From Octopus bimaculoides (taxonomy: Eukaryota), in NCBI RefSeq assembly GCF_001194135.2, contig NC_068998.1, positions 11,536,034-11,600,033 of the forward strand: a stretch of 64,000 nucleotides of DNA. The letters are read 5' to 3'. Shown piece by piece: positions 1 through 10,967 of this stretch (its first letter is position 1; each line of letters begins with the position of its first letter). Made by a program: the position numbers and the translations under genes. Below the pieces are notes generated by a model that was not told the DNA's origin, searched no databases, and saw only the letters and a list, made by a program, of their open reading frames with translations.

Positions 1-1797
1 GATTTGGACAATAGCCAGAAGCATTGCTTGACAGAGGAATAACTTTGGGTAACAAATCAATATTGATGCAGAAATTGTATACAACAATGTAAAACTGGTT
101 TGTGTCCCCGTCTGAGAATCATTCCTGTCTGACATACTTCCAGTAAATAGGCAACAATAAGTTATTTCTCCCTTTCAATGCACAAAATGTTCTTTCCAAG
201 AGCTATACCAATTTCAGAGCTCCCAAAACATTACCACCAAGAAGCCATGTTAGTTTATCTTTGTGCAAACTTTTCTTCAATGGCAATAGAGGTCTTAGAG
301 GCATTCTCTATCAACGTAATCTGCCGCTGATATTGCTATCAATGTCATGATCATCACCATAATGTTCGGTTCTCTGTGCTAGGCATGTTGAGACATATTT
401 TCTGTGGATGGATGCTCTTTCTATCACTTACCCTCACCTGTTTCCAAGCAAGGTAATGTTCCTCTATAGCCAGACATGTTTTACATGGAAAAGTGGAAAC
501 AATAGCGCTTGTATGCTGGTGAGGCTCACTTACAACCATTGTGTGAGGCCAAACCAAAGACACACACAGACATATTGGTTTCAAATTTTGGCACAAAACC
601 AACAAGTTCACTGCCAAATCAGACTGGAGCCTGGTGCAGCCTCTTGGCTTCCCAGACCCCAGTCGAGCCGTCCAACCCATGCCAGCATGGAAAACGGACG
701 TTAAACGATGATGATGATGATCTCAGTCCTTCTGGGCTTAAATTTTGTATCTCCAGATACTCTAATTATTTTCCTCATTTATTTCATGAAATGATTCAAA
801 CATTATTTGCCATTGAGCTTATATTGTTTTGGGGGTTTTTTCTCTCTGCAAAGTTATTTTATAATTAGTTTTTTGATGCTCGCTGCATTTAAATGTTAAC
901 CTTATCTTTTGTTTTCATACAAATGGCATCTCATTTTTAATTAACTTTTTGATGCTTACTCCAATAAATATGTTAACCCTGCTTTGTTTTCTTACAGATG
1001 ACATCTCTGAGTAATTAATTTTTCTCGATGATTAATTATTGTTAATTATGCTAATTTGCATGCCCGAACATGTACAGTATTGTAAATCTTTGTGATTCCC
1101 TCATTGTAAATTCTTGCTAGTACAGTGAAGCACAGATTTCTCTGAAGATTTCCAACGATATCAAAACATATCAAGAGTTAGCTCCCATGCTTACCAAACT
1201 TATACAAATAAAATTACTCATTGATCTAATGCTATTTTTTGCCTCACCAAGTAATTATTTTTAATGCCTGCAGCATTAAATATATTACACTAATTTAGCA
1301 ACTGTTTCACAAAAACATTGGAAAGATCAAGGCAACACTTTTATCTTAGTATTCATAAATAATCATTATTCTATCTATGGTTTGGTATATAATTATATAA
1401 AGTAACATTGTCTTTTAGGTCTGTGTCAGCCAGCATTGAAGGGGTCTACGATCAAAGACTTCCCATCTATTCTTGTTTTCAACATAGTATCAAGGACTAC
1501 ATTATCCAATTCTTTGTTTCTTAAGGACTTTTTTTTATAGGATATGATTTGAATAAGACTAGACTGCTATTTCTAGCCGAGTGAGATAGACGAGCAATGT
1601 TTCTAATTTGTGTAAGCTCCCCCAGACTAAATTCCTTAAGTCAGGAACAATTGTTGGCCAAATGAGGGTTTGGACTGTCCATATTTTAAAACAAAAACAA
1701 AAAAAAAAAGAAATCGAAAAACAGTGGTAAGTTTTAGAATTAGGGGGCGGGGGGAATATTTAGAAAAAAATTTATTGCATAATTTGTGTGTCCCCCA

Positions 1798-2510
1798 ATT
1801 TATTTTTCCAAAATTTCTTCTAATGTCTATGTTTTCGATATAGGAAATTAAGATTTTGCCACAAGAACACATTCTCAAAATTTTGATTTCCCTCTCTCCA
1901 ACCCAAGCTTTTCATTTTTAACTTGTAGTGAATCTTGCAGGCATGAAGTGGATTATTGTAATCCACATACAAAAATACAGATGACGAATTTTTAAGAATT
2001 AAAAAAAAAAAATTTTCTTAAAGAAATACTCAAATCCCCTTCCCCAACCTCCACACTTTCAAAAAGCTAAAAACTCCGAATGTTTCACTTTTAGCTTTTT
2101 AGAAAGCAGGGAAGTTTTTCCAGAAATAATGTCGTTTACCTGTTGTTTCTAGCATGTCGGGTTTTCTAGTGGTGGTCTGATATTTTTTACGTCTGCTATT
2201 TCAGTAGAATTCTACGCATGCGCGAAACATCAGACGAAAGTGAAACATACTGAGTTTATAGTTTTTTGAAAACGGGGAGATGATGGGTGGGAGAAGGAAC
2301 GTTGAGTGTTTCTGAAAGAAAAAAATTCCCAGATTCGTAATCTCTATTTTTCTACGTAGATTAAAAAACAAAATTCGAAAAAAAAAGTTAAAATTAATAA
2401 ATTGGGGGTGGGGGAAATTAAAATTTCGGAAACGTGATTTTGGGGCAAAATCATGTTCTCCCTATATCGAAAACATAGAAATCCGAAAAAAAAATTTGAA
2501 AAAAAAAAAA
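1798..2510. mobile_element. Older foldback-type element related to 30059-30960
   Basis: Arms about 1798-2091 and 2237-2510 are diverged reverse complements; shares TAATCTC..TATTTTTCTACGTA with the 30.8-kb arm. Confidence 0.65.
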
Positions 2511-4150
2511 AGGAAGAAAACACCGAAATAGGTGGTGTACACGTCGTTTACTTTCGCCGCTTGCCTTATGACGCTTGTCATTCGAATATATTTATTATCG
2601 CTTTCTTCACACAACATAGATTTCGAAATTGTAGTGGTATTTAGTTTCATTCATTCATATATATTAAAAAAAAAGGCATTGCATCGTTTAATCCTGCTGT
2701 TTCCGAGAATATCTTACCAGCCAGGTCGCATATGAATCAAAAAGCTATAAGATCAATTTATATAATTGACAGCAAAATTTAAAAAAAAAGGTATCTTGTA
2801 ACAAAATAGAAGATTAAATATGTCAGCCAAGATCAATAGAAAAATAAAACATGTCAACCGGAAATGAGCTCATACTGTTGCATGCTGGTCTAGGCTAATT
2901 TCCTGTATGCCAGCGAAGTAATCTGAGCGACGGGCACCACCTTCGGATTGCCTCAACTGTCGGCATTTACTCCTATCTACTGAGGCTGACGGGTTCTGCT
3001 GGTAGGTTAAAATGATTTTAGACACATCCCATTATTCATAATTAAATTATTGTCTCCACTCCATCTTGCAGCCTGCTCTAATTTCACTTAAATACTTCCC
3101 GAGCTTCTAAGCATATGTCTCTTATCTGTTGTTACTTCTCCCTTTCTACAACGACATATTTACTTCGCATTTTTTGCTTCCCATCCCGCTTCTATTTACA
3201 TTTCTATAAATTGCATGAAATAATCATCTAATTTTATTACAGATCTGTTTCGATTAATTAGTATTGTCGTTCATTCTCTAAGTAATCGATTTCACATTCT
3301 ATAACTGTCAATGTAATACTCAGCCACATAACACATATACACACACACACACACACACATCACATAACTGTCCCTCAAGAATTGTCTAATTGTCTTTTCA
3401 TTATTACTTTATAGCAATTATTTAAAACGTCGTTATATATAACAAAACAGAATATGTGAAAGTATATGCAGATACAAAAAAAAAAAGCTACTAGTAATTC
3501 ACAGAATACCAATTGTGTTTACAGATCTAAGAATATACCAGGTTATTTACAGAATCTCTTCGGAAGCAGCTAATAAATGGTTTTTAATATCGATATATGA
3601 ATGGATAAATGGATGTTTTGTAACTGATTCTGGTAATTTTCTTTTTTAGAGTCAATCAGAGATGAGGTGTAGCATGTTTAATAACCAAACTGATCTGATG
3701 GTTTCGGTTACGCCTCTTTTCCTAATTTCCTTCGTAACACGTCAATAATTCATTAGTGTTATTTACTACCCCTGTCGAGGAAATCGAGTTACTTTTGCGA
3801 TAAGGGAGAACACATATTTGTTTAGTTTCTTACCTGTAGATCATTTAGGTTTAGTATTTAATAAAAAGATCGTGCTTTTTCTTTTTTCTTTTTTGATCGA
3901 TATAAACAATTTTCCTTTGAGATGAAGATTTATATACGCTATAAATGATGTTATAGAAAGTGGGCGATAATTTAATTGAATTATCTTATTTCATTCGTCA
4001 ACGTGTAAATAAATAAATGGTGTGTGCGTGAAAGTTTCTTGAAAGAAAAAAAATGAGTTGATTTGTCGTGAGGAATGAAAAATGCAACTTTTCAGACAAC
4101 AGAGTTGCCTAGAAGCAAGGAAACTGCTAGTTCTGTCTAGGTACCGACTT
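2100..4150. promoter_or_regulatory. CpG-enriched promoter-like region, probable AP1M1 TSS area
   Basis: NRF1-like ACGCATGCGC at 2214-2223; ETS-like CCGGAAAT at about 2858; strong + donor CTG|GTAGGT at 3001/3002. AP1M1 coding exon 1 has an acceptor and so needs an upstream exon. Confidence 0.5.
2860..3001 (+). other. Candidate 5' non-coding first exon of AP1M1
   Basis: GC/CpG-rich 140-bp island ending at a consensus donor; no long ORF. The link to 10907 is inferred. Confidence 0.45.
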
Positions 4151-6789
4151 TTTATCCCAATTCATATTTCTATCCTATGAACTCACCGATCTACACTACC
4201 CAACCTTAATCACGTTCTACATCACCTAGTCTTCTACCTGTTAACTCTACTCAATTCCTCAGATCACTTTGACCAAATTCCTTCATGACAACACAGTCTG
4301 GAGCAACCTTCGTGTTCATATACTCTGATTTTAACAAAACTGTTAACCAGGGGGTCACCAGATTCTTTTTGTAATGGCCCACTTTTGATTATTGCTCTTA
4401 TTTTGTTTAAACTTGTCTTTTCCCACCTGTATATATTACGGTACAAAAATTTCCCCATTTACATTACTGACAATGTTTATGCAACCAAAAAAATTGAACA
4501 AACCCCGACACAAAAGACTATCTGAAAGCCATCACATGTTGACAGGGCCAGAAATACATTAAATTTGAAAATTCTTTATAAAAAGTCCGAGGCTCACATT
4601 GAACCCCTTAATGACTCATTTACAGATTGCGGTCCACCTGTTGCCCTTTGTTTAAAAGGAATATAGTGTATAGTTCTACCTTCTCGTGCTAATTAATGAA
4701 ATTTACAGTTTTTTTTTTAAGGATTGTGAATTTTAACAAAAGACTATTCATCTTAATAAGGTTAAGTTTTGAATAGTTGATTTATTTCTAAACATTTTCT
4801 CAACTGCTAAGATCACTTCAGACTGAGGTGGAAGAAACTACGAGCGCATATGCCTTTAATTAAAACCTTACAGAAAGCATCTTATTGTCTACCTGGGTAA
4901 GACACGCCATTCTGTGTTTAAAATACACAAGAAAGTTAACTTACGAGAGACTAGCGTTCTATCCATAGATAACTGTCTCTCTCATTTACTTATCTGTTAT
5001 ACATACCACGATTAAACAGTGGGCATCACAATTCCTTTTACTTTCAGTGGGCATTCTGTACACAAGACTTCCGTCTCTGGGGAGAAAGTTTGCACAGGTA
5101 ACCTACATGGCTAATTATACTCATTCTCCACTCCTACCTAATGATTCATGCAAAAAAAAACAAAAAACTATACATCTTATTTAATGTAGTTGTTATGGTG
5201 ATAGTAATTTTTTTAGGAATTGTATGCTAACCATTGCTGTATGGTAAAAAAGAATGATTTGGAAGTGTGTACCATATTTTCTTTTACATGATCATCTGTT
5301 ATTATCCAGCCTTCAAGTTTTTCTTAGTGGCTTAGTCAAAGGAAGTAGGGCATTCATTACTTTAACTCTTCTCAGGGTCTCTCTGACTTCAGACTAGGGA
5401 TGTTGCCTCAGTACTTTGCAAAAGGCACCCAAGTGGCAAGGTGGTAGTGTTAAAAAAAGGGGTAATGGATTAAGCATATGGAATCAAAAGCTTATGGACA
5501 GATAAATGAATAACACATTTGTTCATTTTTGGTATTTAATCCTTTTGAACTATCTATCTGGATTAACAGCATTTCTGAAAGTACACTACCCCCAGTAAAA
5601 AAAAAAAAAATTTAATAACATCTATGCAGATGTTATAGAACAGTGTATTAGTGTATTAATATGAAGGTTTGGAGGAAGCAAACCCTAAGTTGCATATCAG
5701 AAAGAGATGAAACAGTACTTGGAATGGTATATTTATACATTTCTTAAGTGCTTATTATTTTGTTGGCAGTATAGAATAGAATACTTAATTTTAGTTAGAT
5801 TTGAATCTTCGGTGAATTTGTTTAGAAAGAATTTACTGCTAGTGAAAAAAAAGAGAAAAAAATAACTATTGCTGAATAATTGCCAACTTTGTTAATTATC
5901 TTACTATTTAAACAACAAAATAATTGGAAGGGCAATCATTATAAGATCAGGCATCTAGATGAGAAAGAAACAAAGTTGCAGTCCAAGGTTCTTTATAATA
6001 GGTAAAGAATAGAGTCTATTCTATTTCTTTTCTTTTTCAGTACAATTATTAAAACACTACTTGCATCATCCTCTCATTAGGGTGTAGCTCATTAAAAGTT
6101 CATATACCTAGAAACATGTACAAAACTGGTTGTATTTTGGCAACACGTTTCATTTGGCAAAAAAGATTATGGTGTCACAATTTTCACCACATAGCTGCAA
6201 CCTGTTCACAGTTGTGAAACTGCATTAGCAATCAGGTTGTCATTGGGTGATGAAAATTTTGATACTTCAAGAAATTTGTTGAGGCAGATTTTCTTAGCCC
6301 AGGTGCCCTTCCTGTCACCAATGTTCACCTGTTTTCAAGCTAAGTAACATTTCCCATACCCAGACATGTTTTTCCATGAAAGACTGGAAACGAACAACAT
6401 CACTGTCGTAGTGATGTTCCTTTGCAACCATTATGTGATGTCAGAATGAAGTTACACACATATGCACATATATACGATGGGCTTTGAAGGCTTTTGTTGG
6501 CCCCAGGGCTTCAGAGGATGACACTTGTCTATGTATCGCACAGCAGGACTGAACCCGAGACCATATGGTTGAGAAGCGAGCTTCTTAATCACACAGCCAT
6601 GCCTGCACCTATTATGTACATCTAAAAGATTGGATAGATAAGGGTGGAATGGAATTCTTGATAGATAAAAGATGGTCTTGTTAAGTTGTTAAAGAAACCT
6701 GCCTTATTAGTTTGGGACCATCTTCAGATTCACACACTCGAGCTTATTTAGAGGAAAGTCGGACAACCAAAAACCAGGAAACCTAACCA

Positions 6790-7175
6790 TTCACTAGCTG
6801 CCTTTAGATGTCTCAATAAGCCATTTAAGGGATTCGGAAGGGAGGAATGGAACAAATAGATGCAAGCTTTCAGACCGGGAAGTGGTGCCAAAAGAATGAA
6901 GAAGAGATCTGCTATTACACAAATGTTTGAGAAGGTTAAAAGTTCATTGAACGCTGTAAAAGAAGATGTAGTTATGAAATCATTTAAAAAAAAAAAATGT
7001 AGCGTTACAAATGCCCTGAAGACAATTTGTTGTTTCAAGAAAATTTTACTGGTGCAGACCGTGCTGCTGAGAATTCCAGCAATAAAGGGGAATGATATGA
7101 ATGCCAGCAGTTTTCAGGCTTTGAAGATACTGTTTTACTTTATCCTGGTGTTGTGGACGATGATAATTAAATAAA
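6790..7175 (+). mobile_element. Degenerate pogo/Tigger (DDE_1) transposase C-terminal fragment
   Basis: PLDVSI/NKPFK...EEWNK*MQ...VKSSLNAVKEDVVMKSFKK..CSVTNAL matches the pogo-type LQPLDVSVNKPFK...KSFKKCGITNAL signature; frameshifted. Confidence 0.75.
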
Positions 7176-7550
7176 CTCTCATTGTATATAGTTTTTATTT
7201 TATACACCTGTATTTACCTCTTGCTGTGTCATATATTCTATATGCTCTTCATTGAAAAACCAGTTTCTGGTAGAATATATTTGATTTGTTTTTCCCCAAC
7301 TGCTTGTTTGTGCGCTAATATTAGTGAAATATTTGCTCTCTTTTACTCTTTTGCTTGCTTCCGTCATTTGACTGCGGCCATGCTGGAGCACCACCTTTAG
7401 TCAGAAGAATCGGCCCCCAGGACCTATTCTGTCGGTCTCTTTTACCGAACTGCTAAGTTATGGGGACGTAAACACACCAACATCAGTTGTCATGTGATGG
7501 AGAGGGTACAAACACACACACACACAAAAACACACATGGGTATATATATT

Positions 7551-7584
<34 letters not shown>

Positions 7585-7595
7585 GGTATATATAT

Positions 7596-7638
<43 letters not shown>

Positions 7639-8020
7639 ACAGGATTCTTTCAAGGTAGAATTTAATTATCATTTGTATCAGGTCTTGTAAGACCAGATGT
7701 TGCAAGTGTCCTCTTTGCTCTCTCGCAATTCTCCTAAGCTGTATGCATGTGTGCACACAGCACACAAAAAGTTAATTGCCTTAAAAATACAGTAATTAAT
7801 AATCATATTGTTTTGCATTCAGTGCACACATATTTTGTCATAGGAAAAATATCTACTGCACATTAACTATTAAGAATTAGAAAGAACATTACTGTTGTCT
7901 ACTGGATAGTGGTAGAATTGTAGGTGCAAAAAGCTTTTAAGGTTGTGTACGTGAGTGCTAAACGTAGCATTAAAGTTGGTAGTGAGCTCAGTGAAGGGTT
8001 TTGTGTATAGGTGTTTTTAA

Positions 8021-8563
8021 CTCTCTCTCTCTTTTACTCTTTCATTTGTTTCAGTCATTTGACTGTAGCCATGCTGGAGCACTGCCTTTAGTCGAGCAAA
8101 TCGACCCCAGGACTTATTCTTTGTAAGCCTAGTACTTATTCTATCGGTCTCTTTTGCTGAACCGCTAAGTTACGGGGGACACAAACACACCAGCATCAGT
8201 TGACAAGCGATGTTGGGGGGACAAACACAGACACACATACATATACACATACATACATATAAATATNNNNNNNNNNNNNNNNNNNNNNNNNNNNNNNNNN
8301 NNNNNNNNNNNNNNNNNNNNNNNNNNNNNNNNNNNNNNNNNNNNNNNNNNNNNNNNNNNNNNNNNNNNNNNNNNNNNNNNNNTATATATATACATATATA
8401 CGACGGGCTTTTTTCAGTTTCCATCTACCAAATCCACTCACAAGGCTTTGGTCGGCCCGAGGCTATAGTAGAAGACACATGCCCAAAGTGTCATGCAGTG
8501 GGACTGAACCCGGAACCATGTGGTTTGTAAGCAAGCTACTTACCACACAGCCACTCTTATGCC
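8021..8563 (-). mobile_element. tRNA-derived CORE-like SINE, tail type 1 (ends CTGAAACAA..AAAAGAG), near full length
   Basis: Minus strand: A/B-box tRNA-like head, CORE-like segment, internal (TA)n/(TG)n, 3' body. Related copies at 7336-7660, 18300-18640, 42604-42925, 54300-54700 and 56632-57390. Confidence 0.85.
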
Positions 8564-9698
8564 TATGTATCTCTGTATCATTTGATTCAGAATTTGAGAG
8601 ACAATCACAAAGAAGATTTAAAATCCTCTTATTGTGGAAATTGGACATATCCACACAAAATTTCATTACACTTAGCTACAAAAAAACAGTTTTTTATACC
8701 AATTTATCTTTTGTTGGGGAATGTCATGTTTGAAACTATTTTTTGCTATGTCAGAGTTATTGAGGCAATGTGACCTGCATAAATTAACAATTCTATTTTT
8801 TGGTAGATCTTTATTAACATCATTACTGGAATGACCATGAAATTTGATTTCACGGTTAAAGAGTTAAACTAACGACCTAATCCTTATTGCAGATTATGTT
8901 AAAGAGCAGCAAACTGTCCTAACTATAAACTTAAGTCAAACCATGAAAGTGTGAACCTGACTAACACAATGGACTTAGTTTGTTTACATTTATTATCGTG
9001 AGCTATAAAGTCCAACAGTATCTTTGATTGTCGCTTACTTGGAAAGGTAGACAGAAAGTAGATGGGGGCGTAATAATGTGTAATTAATGCAAAGAATTAG
9101 TACATGCGGTACGTGAGTATTTTGAAAATACCTTATAGGGTGACGACTGTGCTCTGCATAGTTACAGGCTGCCCTTTGGCAAGATATAGTACCTGTTCAG
9201 CCATCTTGCCAGAGATGCTACAAATTCATGGGGCTGCAGCATGGCAGATTGTGAAGAGGTAGACCTCAAATGAACCAATGGTGCTTCTTACAGTGATGCT
9301 GAGCGGAGAAATCCTAGAAGATCAACAGTTAGGATCACCAAACTCTATCAAGAGAGTAACTGCAATGCATCCATTAGGGTTGCGTAATCAGCTAATGAAA
9401 AATCCACTATGATTCAAGCTCTTAATTCTGATTCATAATAATGGAATTGGATGGCAACAGAGAGTCATGGGAATATGCAGAAGCAGTGGAAAAGAAATTA
9501 ATATACAAAAATTAGTCAAACAAAAATCAAAATGTGATATCCTTCATGTAGTATAGCTAGGGCAGGCTGAAGGTGGAATCAGTACATTTGGAGTGGCATA
9601 CAAACACACACACATACACTCATTCACCAAATAAAATGGATGACTGAATGACTGACAACAAGAGCAGTATTAATAGACATATGCATACATGTTTTATG

Positions 9699-9921
9699 TA
9701 TGGGGGCGGGGTCTGAAAAGTTCCTGGTTTTAAGGTTATCAGAAAAGGCCTGGCCGGAGGCCCAACTTTTTGAGTTCTTTTACAGAACTTCAAGAAACTG
9801 AAGGACCACTGCAATAAGTGTGTGAATCGGAGAGGGGAATATGTTGCATAAAATCATAATTAACTGATCCTCCTGTATTTTCTTTTACCTAAAGCCAGGA
9901 ACTTTTTCAGCACCCACCTTA
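9699..9921 (+). mobile_element. Mariner-derived MITE
   Basis: TIRs GGGG..CTGAAAAGTTCCTGG / CCAGGAACTTTTTCAGCACCC flanked by TA; interior retains the transposase end KKLKDHCNKCVNRRGEYVA*. Confidence 0.8.
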
Positions 9922-10925
9922 TATATATGACATAATTAGTGTTGTAAAGAAGAAGCAAGTTAAATAGTATAATGTCTATTGTTTGCTATTGTTTGACAAT
10001 AAACCTTTCTTCTCATATCAAAACCTATCTATATGAGACATGAAATGTATGGTCATGTGCTATTTGTACTCTTCTCTTTTCCTGACTGATTTTAGTCCTT
10101 GGACGAGACTGAGGCTACATTGGGTTTTCAAAATATTTTTTTTTTTATATCTGCTTATTTAACAGAATCAATTAATACAGCTTTAATATATTTAGTAATA
10201 CCTGTACTTTGTTCTCATTAATCTTAGAACTTCTAACCTAAACACATTATCTACAAATATCATAATTAGAAAATCTCAATTAATTTTACCTGATACTATC
10301 ATTATTTCTCCTTATCAGATGTTTTTTCTGTCTTTTGTGTTTGCGTGTGTTTGTGTATATATGTAGGGTTTATTTTGAGGCTGTCATTTCAAGTTTGTTC
10401 TTCACATATTACATATTACATATTACATACTTCATCACCTTCAACTTGATGTTTCCTGTATTATAATCATCACTACCTACAAACTGAATAATTACAAACA
10501 ATGAGGAGGGCTCCACATACAAGAAATATTATCCATAACTGTAATCTCGATCAGTTATGAATTCACTCAACAGTANNNNNNNNNNCCAACTCATCTTCAC
10601 TAACATACAAATTCGTGGTCTTTTGTCTATGAAAATAACAATAATAATAGTAATGATCATTGTTATTATTAATTGCAGATGCAGAAATGCATCTCCAATC
10701 GACAATGTTGGGTAGGCTGGATCTGGCCAGTTTGAACATAAAACAGGAAGAATATTTGGGCCGGATATGATTGGTTTAAATGCTAAAGATGTGTGTGTCT
10801 GTTAAATTTTAAGTTTTCTTTCAGCTCTGAAACATCAACCAACTATTGTTTGAAACAAGCTTAATTAATACTAATGCTACTATTTTGACCTCCTTTATAC
10901 TTTCAGACAAATATACTGTGGAATC

Positions 10926-10967
10926 ATGTCTTCCTCAGCGATCTATATTTTAGACGTCAAAGGAAAG
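10926..10967 (+). CDS. AP1M1: AP1M1 coding exon 1 (MSSSAIYILDVKGK)
   Basis: ATG in aatcATG context; donor AAG|gtaaaa; an upstream acceptor tttcag| at 10906 implies an earlier non-coding exon. Confidence 0.95.

Noticed and set aside
2851-3001. MSTGNELILLHAGLG resembling the HAGAG motif of taspase/asparaginase
   Set aside because: In-frame TAA right after it and no matching downstream exons; treated as chance.
4264-4560. Minus-strand ORF as a LINE RT fragment
   Set aside because: No convincing RT motif in any frame; left unassigned.
8400-8563. tRNA genes at the many A/B-box sequences
   Set aside because: All continue into CORE-like SINE bodies and lack an acceptor stem; they are SINE heads.
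9140-9460. DDCAL-containing stretch as an RTE RT remnant
   Set aside because: Only a 5-residue match with a stop-riddled context; too weak to call.
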